Origin: Eledone cirrhosa
Lineage: Eukaryota
Length of the DNA: 64,000 bases
Direction: 5' to 3'
Assembly: GCA_964016885.1 (NCBI GenBank)
Contig: OZ024746.1
Coordinates: 79,050,001 to 79,114,000 of the forward strand
Numbering within the stretch: position 1 is the first letter of the stretch; the number at the start of each line of letters is the position of its first letter. The notes under the pieces were generated by a model that had not been told where the DNA came from, did no database searches, and saw nothing but the letters and a program-made list of their open reading frames with translations. The position numbers and the translations under genes are program-made. Of the stretch, positions 1-15,016 are shown piece after piece.

Positions 1-22
1 TAAAAATTTATGAAGCTGTATG

Positions 23-822
<800 letters not shown>

Positions 823-1138
823 TGCAACCTCTCTATGTCAGGGGAAATATGAATTATTCAACCTGTTTAGGTTCAATCAGAAATATTCTCAGAGACACAT
901 AAACACACAAGGACACGCGACCCTATATATATATGTATATATATGTGTGTGTGCGTGTGCGTGTGTGTGTGTGTGTACATTTAGAAATAGACACATACAA
1001 GCACAGTTACACATCCACCGTTCTCCATGTACTCCATATGTATCAATGTATGTGTATGTATATCTATATGTTTATATGCGTGTTTGTGTATATGTAAGGT
1101 TGCATGGGCTTGCGTATTAGCATTTGTGTGTATGTATG

Positions 1139-1225
1139 AGAGATAGATAGCTAGATAGCTAGATAGCTAGATAGCTAGATAGCTAGATAGATAGATAGGG
1201 AGAGAGAGAGAGTGAGAGTGAGAGT

Positions 1226-1308
<83 letters not shown>
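1139..1308. repeat. (GATA/GCTA)n followed by (GA)n microsatellite
   Basis: Direct reading of the sequence. Confidence 0.95.
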
Positions 1309-1312
<4 letters not shown>

Positions 1313-1864
1313 GACAATATATGTTTGTGTGTCCGTTAAGATAAAACTGTTTATATATGTATGACAAAATCTAGATATGATTTTAGACATGTTTATAATG
1401 GCACAAAAGAAGGAACATGTAAATGAATCGTTTATGGCATTTAGTGTTAGGGGCATCGATAATTCTGGTATGGTGAGGTTTGAAGGAGGGTCGGTTGTTA
1501 TTTGAAACAGATCGAGTGGCTAATTATTAGTCTTCTCACTAGTTTTGAGTATGCAGAAACATATAAAGGCGCAATTTAAATGTTTATAAACATAGGCTTG
1601 TGGCAATAAACTTCACAAAATGTGAAAACATTTTTGTGTTGTTAAGAGAAAAAAAAAAATTTAATTTTCCAACATCTTCATAATTTTATTTTTTGACGCC
1701 ATTTTTTCTTATTTCTTAGTCTAAAAATACATTCTATTTTACGGAATTTATTCAATTAATGTCTGCTTTAGCGGACCAACACTAATTACTTGGGACATTA
1801 ATGTTCACTATTAGCTTACGATAAGTCAAGTTCACTATTAGCTCTCGATTTCCGCTTGAAGCTA

Positions 1865-1978
1865 TCATCCATCACGTATCTCTCTAATGCCCTTAGGAAA
1901 TGCTTCAGTACAAGACTTCTCGTTTCTCCTCATCTTTAAGCTCAACAGAGCTAATAACTCATTGACAACAGCTCCTGA
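1865..1978 (-). CDS. Weak candidate terminal coding exon (SGAVVNELLALLSLKMRRNEKSCTEAFPKGIREIRDG*)
   Basis: Minus-strand acceptor ggtttttgtag at 1989-1979. Only phase 0 is open: 37 codons to TGA at 1867-1865. Non-repetitive sequence; no homology recognised. Confidence 0.2.
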   Translation of the reverse strand, partial: SGAVVNELLALLSLKMRRNEKSCTEAFPKGIREIRDG

Positions 1979-2337
1979 CTACAAAAACCAAGCAATTAAC
2001 TCTGTTTAAATCACTTCCATTCAATATTCTCTCGCCTCCGTGATATATAACGTTTCCCCGAAAAGAGACACCAAAATCTACATATTGTGTCTGCAAGTGG
2101 ACAGTATCTCTGTCTTTCACTTCATTATTACTGTAGGATTATATTTAGTGTGTTATTTCTTTGTCAAACAAATATATTAACGAATTAGATAACTCTGATA
2201 TTTAAGACAGACCAAGAGATGTGGTTACCCCTACTTCTCTACGTCATAAGCATATTTGCTTTGAGAGTAATGTCAGTCTTTGTTACAAGCTTATTAGACG
2301 GTGCTTGGAAGCACATCATGTTGTACATATTCGGCGC

Positions 2338-2409
<72 letters not shown>

Positions 2410-2621
2410 AATGCTGACGTCATATATCGCGGGAAATTTCGTGAGCTTGTATTTTGTTTTAAAACTACGATAGTGTCTGCGGAAGATCGTTCTGCCTAAT
2501 TTCCTGGTTAACACGGTTCAAACTATGGTACAGAAGTAGCTGCAGGAACGAAATATATATAAACAACAATCTACGACGCTCACTCTAATCTTATCTGCAA
2601 ACATATACACACAAGCACTCA

Positions 2622-2696
<75 letters not shown>

Positions 2697-2711
2697 CGTA
2701 TATATATATAT

Positions 2712-2900
2712 CTATCGGGGTAACCACAGTAAGTAAGGTACTCAATACAGAAATGGCTTCTACGGGACTAGAACTGTTTCATTCGGGAGAAATCATTAGG
2801 TCATTAGGGCTTCCTGATGATTTCTCCCGAATGAGTTCTAGTCTTGTAGAAGCCATTTCTATATTAAATATTTATACTCTGCTATGTATTGAGTACCTTA
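2712..2900. mobile_element. PLE-like fold-back fragment, family A (antisense + sense arms, each with a damaged hammerhead)
   Basis: Inverted arms meet at about 2800-2807 and are flanked by (TA)n. Same family as 33078-33550 and 41788-41926. The sense arm reads GGCTTC CTGATGA TTTCTCCCGAAT GA[deletion]GTTCTAGTCTTG TA GAAGCC. Confidence 0.7.
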
Positions 2901-2939
2901 TATATATATATATAGAATATATATATGTATATATATATA

Positions 2940-3310
2940 CTATAAATTATGTCCATAGAATCATTTGATAATATATATCCACCATTTCCTCTCCCAATTA
3001 ACATAATCAACCACACAAAAAAGCAATTAAACCAGGCTATAAGATTAAAAGGCACCTATGAAGAAATAATAGATAAATAAACGACATCCATCTATTCGCG
3101 ATCAACAGCTTTTCAATAGCACGTGGAAATCGATTAAATATACCGTCAACCATACACAATTAGGTATAAAATTAAAGTTAGAAGAAAAAAATGCATATAC
3201 ACATACCAGGATTACATTTCTACGCTTTAGGGTTTCGTTCGCTTTCGGAAATATCCTATCACGGATAAATTCTCAAGCTTCGAACTCATCAGGAAACAAA
3301 CTCACTTGGA
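2940..3310 (-). mobile_element. Interspersed repeat family F (putative PLE terminal repeat)
   Basis: Homologous to 3592-3650, 6370-6645 (opposite strand) and the palindrome at 36984-37429; abuts (TA)n; contains a hammerhead. Confidence 0.6.
3216..3297 (-). ncRNA. Type I hammerhead ribozyme (family F), canonical core
   Basis: Minus strand: GTTTC-CTGATGA-GTTCG...(extended hairpin)...CGAAC-GAAA-CCCTAAAGCG-TA-GAAAT. Stem I GTTTC/GAAAT, stem II GTTCG/CGAAC with G10.1-C11.1, near-palindromic stem III, GUA cleavage triplet. Confidence 0.8.
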
Positions 3311-3648
3311 CAAAGATTTTTCTTAAATGATCCCCGCCAGAAACGAATTCAAAATGGCTAAGAACTGTGACGTGGCAGTGGTCAAGTCAGAAAGAATGTG
3401 ATTGGTGCCTTACGGCGAGTGGGCTGGTTGCTAGAAAGCGCAGCCCAAAATTGCCTAAATTGCATCTCAACCTTATGGGAGATTATCAGATATAAAGATT
3501 TACATATACACAAACTAGACAAAGTCATAGATATATATGTTTTGGCAACCATTCACGATGTGGCTCAATGATGAATTAATAAATTAAATAATCAGAGCAA
3601 TATACTATAAATTATGTCCATAGAATCATTTGATAATATATATACACC

Positions 3649-3726
<78 letters not shown>

Positions 3727-4629
3727 ATTGTTAATATCTTTATTTTTCGAAAAGTTTCTACTGTTTCCTTTCTTTCGGCAACATTTCTCCCTCTCTCTCC
3801 CTTCTCCCTTTTCTCCTCGCTCCCTCTCACCCTTTTCTCGCATTCATTCTTACCCACTCTAACTATGTTTCACTCTATCTCTCTAAGTATGCGCGTATCT
3901 ACATATGTATATATATATGTATGTATATATGTATGTATATATGTATATATATATAAGTATACATATATATATATATAAATATATATATATGTATAAATGT
4001 ATGCATGTTTATATATATATGTATATATATATGCATATATTACATATGTATGTGTTTTTATCTATCACCTTCTACCTATCTATATATATATATATCTTTC
4101 TCGTTAATATATTTTCATTCTTTAGCTAATACACTTATATTTTGTACTTGTTTGTTTTTCTTACATGGAAACCAATGATCCTAGTTTCAGCTTCTAAATT
4201 CCCTCCAACCCAACCCTCACCACCAAATGCATCGTTCTTCAACTTTAATCCGATTTACATCTCAATCGTGGATTGATTCTCTCTCACTAACCTGCTGCAA
4301 ATTTGTAGCAAAAATCCTTTCGAGTGCTTGTATTTTTATTGTAGCTTTGTATTTTTATTTTTGTTGTTGTTGTTGTTGGTGGTATTACTTTAGTTATAGT
4401 TGACGTTGTCTAAGTATGCACGCGACTGTGTGTATATAAATGTATGAGTGTTTATATGTGGTGATTCTATATGTTTAGTTGTTTACTACATATTGATTTA
4501 TTTTTTATTTTATTTTATTTTTAATATATATTTATTTCTATTTTTGTTTTACATTTTTATATAGTAATTAACAAACGTGTGTACACCTATGATTGTTCCA
4601 TATATAGTCACCTTTCATAAACTTCCAAG

Positions 4630-4785
4630 GGGCGGTGGTGTCACAGAGTCGTTAGAAAGTCAGATAGAGCGAATTACTGTATTTGTATCGGCTCTCAGTG
4701 ATTGGGTTTAAATCCCACCGAGGGTCAACTTTGCCTTTCATCATTTCGAGATCGATAGATCAAATGCCAATCTAGCACTGAAGTC
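4630..4785 (+). mobile_element. Degenerate tRNA-derived SINE copy
   Basis: Matches the 18541 consensus (gggcggtgg... ggtttaaatcccaccgaggg tcaactttgcctttcatc). Confidence 0.75.
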
Positions 4786-4820
4786 GAGTCTTCTTTTCCA
4801 CTCCCTCTCTCTCTTTCTCT

Positions 4821-5037
4821 TTAACCCTTTAGCATTTAAACCAGCCATATCCGGCCAGAATTCTCTCACCTCTTTCTGTTCAAACTGGTGTTACCCGGCC
4901 ACTCATACTGATGTTAAGGTATTGTTCTCAACATAAATGACATAAAAATCTCATAGATCGATATCGTGTGAGATAAAGTCTTTACCACAAAAATACAATA
5001 GTATATATATAGAGTAATGTAAATGCTAAAGAGATAA
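4821..5037. mobile_element. MITE with TTAACCCTTTAGCATTTA termini (piggyBac-like)
   Basis: Left end ttaaccctttagcattta and right end taaatgctaaagagataa form an imperfect TIR; TTAA-CCC ends are typical of the piggyBac superfamily. Confidence 0.6.
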
Positions 5038-5061
5038 GTCTGACTGTCTGTGTATATGTCA

Positions 5062-5154
<93 letters not shown>

Positions 5155-5633
5155 CCCTCTCTCTCTAAAATCTTGATTGCTCATTTGAGTTAAAAGAGGG
5201 AGACACGAAAGGGTGTCGGTATTTGTTCAAGGACTACACTGACCACTTTCTATTACGATTGACGGGTGTAGTTGGTTTCTAAACTTCGAAACTCAAACAC
5301 AGCACCTCTCCGTCTAGAATGGAGCCAAAGAGAAAACTTTTTAACTGGTTCTTGATCCGCAAGACATAGCAGCCAAATACCCCTTAAACGAAAAAAAGAA
5401 AAAAGAAAAAAATCTTGGATAAAGATAAAGTAGACATTGATATATTATATCTGAACATTAGATTGCGTGACAATATAATATATATATATGAGGATTTTAC
5501 CAGTTTTAAACTAGTAAGACTATTATTCAGCAGATTACTCGATACTTGGGATAGTAGAGTGTGTGTGGGGACACACACGCACACACACATACACACACAT
5601 ACACACACATACACACACACACACGCACACACG

Positions 5634-5745
<112 letters not shown>

Positions 5746-5761
5746 GACACACACATATATA

Positions 5762-5839
5762 CAGGGTGCGGCAGGAAAAACTTCCCATATTTTAATCGAT
5801 CAACTGTTAAAATGTTGGAGGTATTTTTGTCGCACCCTG
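5762..5839. mobile_element. Tiny Tc1/mariner-type MITE
   Basis: TIRs cagggtgcggcaggaaaaacttcc / ggaggtatttttgtcgcaccctg, preceded by TA. Confidence 0.6.
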
Positions 5840-5894
5840 ACTCATTTTATAACATTTATCCATGTGCAACCAGCAGTATTCTTCTCACCCATAT

Positions 5895-5951
<57 letters not shown>

Positions 5952-5954
<3 letters not shown>

Positions 5955-6010
5955 CGGTGCCCCAGCATGGCCTCAGCCGGATGGCTGAAACAGGTAAAAG
6001 AGTAAAAGAG
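5952..6010 (+). mobile_element. 3' tail fragment of a SINE/LINE
   Basis: gtgccccagcatggcctcagccggatggctgaaac hairpin followed by a short-repeat tail gtaaaagagtaaaagag, inserted in (TA)n. Resembles a common octopod retroposon tail (from memory). Confidence 0.45.
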
Positions 6011-6093
6011 TATATATATATATGTGTGTGTGTGTGTGGTGTGTGTTGTTCCATATATAGTCACCTTTATCTTGTTATATTAAACATAACCTC

Positions 6094-6165
<72 letters not shown>

Positions 6166-6169
<4 letters not shown>

Positions 6170-6340
6170 AACGAGTAGGACCCCGACGGCTGATTCTAGT
6201 CCAGAATTAGCCGTCGAAACGGCTTGAGCTCAGCCGTCGGGGTCCTACTCGTTCCTATTACCCACTCTACTACCCTAAGTATTGAGTACTTTGGTGCGTT
6301 ATGGTCCACCTGGTTCCTTACCACATTTCCTTCGTTATAT
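6166..6340. mobile_element. PLE fold-back fragment, family B
   Basis: Short antisense arm plus long sense arm of the terminal repeat of the GIY-YIG-bearing element at 37828-39504; flanked by (TA)n. Confidence 0.75.
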
Positions 6341-6369
6341 ATGAATATATATATATATATATATATTTA

Positions 6370-6645
6370 TGTGCATTTTTTCTTCTAACTTCGATTTTGT
6401 ACCTTCATTCCGTGTAGTTAACTATTTGTCTAGTCAATTTCTACAGACTGGAAGAAATATTAGATAAGTGCCATATAGCTGTACATCGCGGAGAAGACTC
6501 TGTATCATTTGTCTATTATTTCTTCATAAAGTACATTTTAAACTTATAGCCTCGTTTAAATGATTTTTTGTGTGGTTAATTTATGCTGATTGGGAGAGGA
6601 AATACTGTATATAGTTTATCTAATGATTCTTTGAACTTACATTTA
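6370..6645 (+). mobile_element. Repeat family F copy
   Basis: Reverse-complement homology to 2940-3190 (ttttttgtgtggtt..atgctgattgggagaggaaat..atctaatgattct). Confidence 0.55.
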
Positions 6646-6681
6646 TATATATATGTAGGTGTGTGTGTGTGTGTGTATATT

Positions 6682-6878
6682 TAACGAAGAGGGGGTGGTA
6701 AGATACCAGGTGGACTATAACGCACCAGAGTACTCGATACTAGGGGTAATAGAGTGGGTAATATGAAAAGTTTCAGGACCCCGACGGTTGAGCTCCGGCC
6801 GTTTCGACAGCTAGATCCGAACTAGATCCAGATCTAGCTGCCGAAACGGCCGGAGCTCAGCCATTGGGGTCCTGAATA
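6682..6878. mobile_element. PLE fold-back fragment, family B (diverged)
   Basis: Antisense long arm plus sense short arm, inverted around 6815-6830. Confidence 0.7.
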
Positions 6879-7064
6879 TATATATATATATACATGCATA
6901 CACACACATATGTGTGTATATATATGTATATATGTATATATATATATGTGTGTGTGCTTGTGTGTGTGAGGTAGATAAGATATATACATACGTATATACA
7001 AATATGTTTCTATGTTAGAGTATACATGAATGATATAAATTTTCTCAAACACGCAAACACATAA

Positions 7065-7097
<33 letters not shown>

Positions 7098-7137
7098 CAT
7101 ATATATTCAATTTTATTTGATTGTTTTTTTTTGCGAT

Positions 7138-7180
<43 letters not shown>

Positions 7181-7339
7181 TTCATTTGTTTATTTATTTA
7201 TTTCTAATATCTGATTAAAAAGCCTTCCGGCACTAATCCCTTTCTATCCTGTTTACGGTTTGCAGCCTTAAACTCCATGCCATGGGGATACGGCTGAGGT
7301 GGATAGACTTAGGGGATGTCAGGGTGTTGGAGGGGCTGC

Positions 7340-7517
7340 CACGGTGGAGGTGGGTGTAGTAGTAGTTATAGTGCTAGCTCTGGTTCTTGTAGTAATAGTG
7401 GTGGCAGTGGTAGTGTAATTGGTGAGGGTGATTGTAGTTGTCGTATAGGTGGTGGTAGTGGTATCAAAAGTGGTGGTGGTGGTGGTGGTAACAGTAGTAG
7501 TAGTAGTAGTAGTAGTA

Positions 7518-7549
<32 letters not shown>

Positions 7550-7903
7550 GTAGTAATAACAGTAGTAGTAGTAGTAGTAGTAGTAGTATAGTTGGGGATG
7601 GTGATTGTAGTTGTCATGTAGGTGGTTGTAGTGGTATTAAAGTTAGTGGTGGTGGTAAAAGTAGTAGTAGTTGTAGTAGCAATAGTAGTAGTAGTTGGAG
7701 CAGTGGTAGTAGTAGTAGTATAGTTGAGGATGGTGGTTAAAGTTGTTGTTGTGTAGGTGGTGGTAGTGGTTTTAAAGTTAGTGGTGGTGGTAAAAGTAGT
7801 AGTAGTAGTAGTACTAGTAGTAACAGTAATAGTAGTAATAGTAGTAGTAGTAGTAGTAGTAACAGTCGTAGTAGTAGTAGTAGTAGTAGTAGTAGTAACA
7901 GTC

Positions 7904-7966
<63 letters not shown>

Positions 7967-7988
7967 ACAGTAGTAGTAGTAGTAGTAA

Positions 7989-8029
<41 letters not shown>

Positions 8030-8108
8030 ACAGTAGTAGCAGTAGTAGTAGTAGCAGTAGTAGTAGTAGTAGTAGTAGTAACAGTAGTAGTAGTAGTAGT
8101 AGTAATAC

Positions 8109-8140
<32 letters not shown>

Positions 8141-8151
8141 ACAGTAGTAGC

Positions 8152-8194
<43 letters not shown>

Positions 8195-8210
8195 ACAGTA
8201 GTAGTAACAA

Positions 8211-8254
<44 letters not shown>

Positions 8255-8270
8255 ACAGTAGTAGTAGTAA

Positions 8271-8311
<41 letters not shown>
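7340..8311. repeat. (TAG)n / (TGG)n compound trinucleotide repeat
   Basis: About 500 bp of near-pure TAG preceded by degenerate duplicated blocks; gives the poly-T/V/L ORFs. Confidence 0.97.
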
Positions 8312-8441
8312 AAGTCGCTCAAGTTAATCCTGCTCTTGGCTCTAAGTTTATTTTCTAACTCGTTCTTTGTATTTTGGAGGTGTGGCGGTGATGGGGGTGT
8401 TTTGCTGTTTGTGATCCTTATGCTGCTCCTGCTGCTGCTGC

Positions 8442-8472
<31 letters not shown>

Positions 8473-8474
8473 GC

Positions 8475-8516
<42 letters not shown>

Positions 8517-8589
8517 AGAATTAGTATTGTGAACCTGAAATATTTCCCATGGTAAATACATACGTCTGACACATAAACACAATTACGCA

Positions 8590-8622
8590 CATACATACAT
8601 GCATACATACACACACACACAC

Positions 8623-8661
<39 letters not shown>

Positions 8662-8699
8662 CATCTATATACATATATGTACATACACACACACATATG

Positions 8700-8747
<48 letters not shown>

Positions 8748-8784
8748 TCTATATACATACATCTATATACATATATATACATAT

Positions 8785-8835
<51 letters not shown>

Positions 8836-8942
8836 AGTGTGTATGTATTTATGTTTATCTATCCATTTATCTATTATTTCCTTTCTCTCTCTCTCTATAT
8901 ATATATGTGTGTGTATGTGTGTGTATATATGTACAAGCACAC

Positions 8943-8997
<55 letters not shown>

Positions 8998-9101
8998 TCA
9001 TATGTGCATTTTCCCCTTTTTTCATATTTCAGTTTTTAATGATTCATTGTTGCTTTGTTTGTTTGTGTTCTTTTGGTATATTATTGTCATGTGTGCCTGT
9101 C

Positions 9102-9155
<54 letters not shown>

Positions 9156-9167
9156 CATATATACATA

Positions 9168-9237
<70 letters not shown>

Positions 9238-9239
9238 CA

Positions 9240-9303
<64 letters not shown>

Positions 9304-9373
9304 CATATATGTATATATATATATATATATATGAAAAACTGAAATATGAAAAAAGGGGAAAATGCACATATGA

Positions 9374-9410
<37 letters not shown>

Positions 9411-9518
9411 GTGTGCTTGTACATATACACACACACATACACACACATATGTTAATATATAGAGAGAAAGGAAATAATAGATAAATGGATAGGTATACAT
9501 AAATACATACACACTTGC

Positions 9519-9594
<76 letters not shown>

Positions 9595-9660
9595 ATGAAT
9601 ATATATGTATATAGATGTATGTATATATATATACATATGTGTCTGTGTGTGTACGTATGT
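8590..9660. repeat. Diverged inverted repeat (arms about 8590-9036 and 9333-9660)
   Basis: ttctcatatgtgcattttcccc..catatttcagttttt is the reverse complement of gaaaaactgaaatatg..aaatgcacatatgagaa; the right arm starts at the end of a (TA)n tract. Repeated in the second duplication unit. Confidence 0.9.
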
Positions 9661-10542
9661 GAGTGTAAATGGTATATGTAACATGTAACACTAACATATA
9701 ATGACATAAAATGAAATAAAAATATAATGAAACAGTAACATGGATATCACAACATATATTAAAATTTGTAAAATATATAAAAGCTACAACGACAACGACA
9801 ACCACCACCATCACAACAACAACAACAACAACAACAATAACAGCAACAACAACGAGAAAGGGTACCAACAGTGATATAAAAGTTGAAATAAAAAGTACGA
9901 ACAGCTGTATATACATCGAGGAAATCGTGTGAGATTATAGACTGGTAGAAACTACGACAGCGTTAAGCACTTAATAAGTTTTAGGTAGACATATATAGAG
10001 ACGAAGGAAAAAACCCCTCTATAACAGCAACAACATAGTAAGCTAATAAATCAGAAAAATGGGAACCAGGAAACTAAGAATGTAGGGAGAAAGGTAAAAA
10101 AAATAAAAAAAATACAACAAAATAACAAAAGAAATATTTAAAAATTTGTAATTCATCATTTGTTTTAGTTTTGCATTTTCATCTTTCATCTTTTATATGT
10201 GATGTTTTTGTGGTATTACTCTCCCCCCACCCTCCACTCTTCCCACAGCTTTTGTCTCACTCCGTTGTGTGCCTGAGTGAATGTGTGCGTATATAAATCT
10301 GTTTTGATGTAACTTATAGATTCACATTACCCCTCCCCTACACACACATATATATATATATATATACATACATACATACATACATACATACATACATACA
10401 TGTATGTATATATAAACTCCCTCCTCGACAGGACGCTAGTCAATCGCAGGGTTAACTCCCCACACATTACTAGTACTCATTTTTAGCTGAATAATGTGTG
10501 ATGTGAAATGAAGTGTTTTTTTTTTCATATATATATATATAT

Positions 10543-10722
10543 AATTGTTTCTACTTTTTGGCACAAGGCCAGTAATTACCCAGTACATTACTGGTACTTT
10601 ATTTTATCGACCCCGTAAGGACGAAAGGCAAAGTTAACCTCGGCGGGATTTGAACTCAAAATGGCAAGGGCCGTAACTCTATGCGTCAAAGCATGGCGTC
10701 CGAGGCCTCTACCGATACTGCC
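10543..10722 (-). mobile_element. tRNA-derived SINE (short subfamily)
   Basis: Reverse complement of the 18541 consensus with A and B boxes. Confidence 0.9.
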
Positions 10723-10795
10723 AAATATATAATAGTAGAACATTGGAGGGTTATATCTGTAGTAGTAGATCACTCTGTCCATGGGATGAGTTTGG

Positions 10796-10910
10796 TAGAA
10801 GTATGTTTCAACAAATGTTTCACCTTATTCGGACCTTCAGCCTGAGGATCCGAATAAGGTGAAACATTTGTTCTCGCCATGGTGAACTAACTGTTATGGA
10901 ACTACTTCTA
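10796..10910. ncRNA. Fold-back with hammerhead core (family C); duplicated at 13295-13409
   Basis: Palindrome centred at 10841. Plus strand: CTGAGGA-TCCGAATAAGGT-GAAA-CATTTGTTCTCGCCATGGTGAACTAACTG-TT with a near-palindromic stem III. The 5' strand of stem I is lost at the inversion junction. Confidence 0.6.
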
Positions 10911-10924
10911 TATATATATATATA

Positions 10925-11120
10925 TGAAAAACCACTTCAACAGTTGATCTCACACACCACAACAGAAACACAAACCTTCCATCTCAATTTTAATTTTGAT
11001 AATCATATAAACTGTGAAACCGGTAAAGTAAATAAATATTCTTAAACGACTCCAGTTGCATCTTCAAATTATTTTCCTTATATTTTTACCCGTGCGGGAC
11101 ATTTACAAAAACCATACTTT
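10925..11120 (+). mobile_element. Repeat family H with degenerate minimal hammerhead (GAAA-CCGG-TA-AAGTA)
   Basis: Homologous to 33675-33812; duplicated at about 13420-13615. Confidence 0.55.
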
Positions 11121-11137
11121 CCTATATATATATATAG

Positions 11138-11228
<91 letters not shown>

Positions 11229-11233
11229 CATAT

Positions 11234-11338
<105 letters not shown>

Positions 11339-11445
11339 AGTGTGTATGTATTTATGTTTATCTATCCATTTATCTATTATTTCCTTTCTCTCTCTCTCTA
11401 TATATATATGTGTGTGTATGTGTGTGTATATATGTACAAGCACAC

Positions 11446-11502
<57 letters not shown>

Positions 11503-11606
11503 TCATATGTGCATTTTCCCCTTTTTTCATATTTCAGTTTTTAATGATTCATTGTTGCTTTGTTTGTTTGTGTTCTTTTGGTATATTATTGTCATGTGTG
11601 CCTGTC

Positions 11607-11656
<50 letters not shown>

Positions 11657-11668
11657 CATATATACATA

Positions 11669-11736
<68 letters not shown>

Positions 11737-11738
11737 CA

Positions 11739-11802
<64 letters not shown>

Positions 11803-11872
11803 CATATATGTATATATATATATATATATATGAAAAACTGAAATATGAAAAAAGGGGAAAATGCACATATGA

Positions 11873-11909
<37 letters not shown>

Positions 11910-12017
11910 GTGTGCTTGTACATATACACACACACATACACACACATATGTTAATATATAGAGAGAAAGGAAATAATAGATAAATGGATAGGTATACATA
12001 AATACATACACACTTGC

Positions 12018-12093
<76 letters not shown>

Positions 12094-13041
12094 ATGAATA
12101 TATATGTATATAGATGTATGTATATATATATACATATGTGTCTGTGTGTGTACGTATGTGAGTGTAAATGGTATATGTAACATGTAACACTAACATATAA
12201 TGACATAAAATGAAATAAAAATATAATGAAACAGTAACATGGATATCACAACATATATTAAAATTTGTAAAATATATAAAAGCTACAACGACAACGACAA
12301 CCACCACCATCACAACAACAACAACAACAACAACAATAACAGCAACAACAACGAGAAAGGGTACCAACAGTGATATAAAAGTTGAAATAAAAAGTACGAA
12401 CAGCTGTATATACATCGAGGAAATCGTGTGAGATTATAGACTGGTAGAAACTACGACAGCGTTAAGCACTTAATAAGTTTTAGGTAGACATATATAGAGA
12501 CGAAGGAAAAAACCCCTCTATAACAGCAACAACATAGTAAGCTAATAAATCAGAAAAATGGGAACCAGGAAACTAAGAATGTAGGGAGAAAGGTAAAAAA
12601 AATAAAAAAAATACAACAAAATAACAAAAGAAATATTTAAAAATTTGTAATTCATCATTTGTTTTAGTTTTGCATTTTCATCTTTCATCTTTTATATGTG
12701 ATGTTTTTGTGGTATTACTCTCCCCCCACCCTCCACTCTTCCCACAGCTTTTGTCTCACTCCGTTGTGTGCCTGAGTGAATGTGTGCGTATATAAATCTG
12801 TTTTGATGTAACTTATAGATTCACATTACCCCTCCCCTACACACACATATATATATATATATATACATACATACATACATACATACATACATACATACAT
12901 GTATGTATATATAAACTCCCTCCTCGACAGGACGCTAGTCAATCGCAGGGTTAACTCCCCACACATTACTAGTACTCATTTTTAGCTGAATAATGTGTGA
13001 TGTGAAATGAAGTGTTTTTTTTTTCATATATATATATATAT

Positions 13042-13221
13042 AATTGTTTCTACTTTTTGGCACAAGGCCAGTAATTACCCAGTACATTACTGGTACTTTA
13101 TTTTATCGACCCCGTAAGGACGAAAGGCAAAGTTAACCTCGGCGGGATTTGAACTCAAAATGGCAAGGGCCGTAACTCTATGCGTCAAAGCATGGCGTCC
13201 GAGGCCTCTACCGATACTGCC
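13042..13221 (-). mobile_element. tRNA-derived SINE (duplicate of 10543)
   Basis: Identical copy within the tandem duplication. Confidence 0.9.
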
Positions 13222-13632
13222 AAATATATAATAGTAGAACATTGGAGGGTTATATCTGTAGTAGTAGATCACTCTGTCCATGGGATGAGTTTGGTAGAAG
13301 TATGTTTCAACAAATGTTTCACCTTATTCGGACCTTCAGCCTGAGGATCCGAATAAGGTGAAACATTTGTTCTCGCCATGGTGAACTAACTGTTATGGAA
13401 CTACTTCTATATATATATATGAAAAACCACTTCAACAGTTGATCTCACACACCACTACAGAAACACAAACCTTCCATCTCAATTTTAATTTTGATAATCA
13501 TATAAACTGTGAAACCGGTAAAGTAAATAAATATTCTTAAACGACTCCAGTTGCATCTTCAAATTATTTTCCTTATATTTTTACCCGTGCGGGACATTTA
13601 CAAAAACCATACTTTCCTATATATATATATAG

Positions 13633-13715
<83 letters not shown>

Positions 13716-13720
13716 CATAT

Positions 13721-13856
<136 letters not shown>

Positions 13857-14108
13857 ATATATATAAAAGAAATAAATATCGTTTTTTACAAAAACAATAT
13901 AAAAAAAATTATAAACATAGGCACAACTCAAAATAGAGTAATTTATTATAATAAGCAATACAAAAGGTTATGTATCATACCCCTTTGAAAGAATTTTCCC
14001 AAAAAGACATGTATACGAATCCTATTGTGCTAATCCTATTGTGCTACAGTAGAAGCAAATTATTATTCTTGAAAATCAACACCAAATAAAATTAATACAT
14101 TAAATGGT

Positions 14109-14152
14109 GATTTACGAACGTTTCATCCCTTTCCAGGGACTTTTCAAAAACC
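14109..14152 (-). ncRNA. Degenerate hammerhead-like fold (family I)
   Basis: TTGAAAA-GTCCC tggaaa GGGAT-GAAA-CGTTCG-TA-AATC; the core is two transitions away from CTGAAGA. Confidence 0.4.
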
Positions 14153-14230
14153 AATTATTCAATAATAAAGCCTCATTATAATCTCACCAAAACAATCAAT
14201 AGCCAGCAGCTACAGAAAATGTTTACATTT

Positions 14231-14279
<49 letters not shown>

Positions 14280-14287
14280 AATATAAA

Positions 14288-14331
<44 letters not shown>

Positions 14332-14618
14332 TAATATATATATATATATTGTGTGTGTGTGTGCGTGTGCGTGTATGCGTTTGTGTGTGTATGTATGTGT
14401 TTGTGTATATATATATATCCACAAACACACATACACACATACACACATATATACACATATATACATATGCATATACTAATACACTCATATACCTGGAAGA
14501 TAGAAAGAGTTTAAAAGCGGACCATATCAATGTCAGCGTGACAAACTGTGTTAACTCAGAATTATTTAAACATATTCCTTACTAAAGGGATAGAAACCCT
14601 ATTTCTTAGCAAAGTAAA

Positions 14619-14678
14619 CCGATACCCTGGTTCGACGCCGAACCGATGTTTCACGATTAATATAAATCTTTTAGTCGA
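14619..14678 (-). ncRNA. Degenerate hammerhead-like fold (family J)
   Basis: TCGA-CTAAAA-GATT..AATC-GT-GAAA-C..GGTTCG gcgt CGAACC..G-TA-TCGG; stems plausible, core damaged. Confidence 0.3.
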
Positions 14679-14840
14679 AATAATAAAATGGGTATATAAG
14701 GCAGTGTAATCGGATGAAATAGTGGATTAGTGTGAAAACAATGGGATTAACGATAGACAATACATGTGGATCGACCATTTAGTTGAAAAGATTATTTTTT
14801 TAATCTAATGCGTACACATGTTATACTCATATATGCATTC

Positions 14841-14966
<126 letters not shown>

Positions 14967-14969
14967 ATA

Positions 14970-15016
<47 letters not shown>

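Noticed and set aside
2415-2422. Full CRE site TGACGTCA
   Set aside because: A single 8-mer is expected by chance in 64 kb; no other support.
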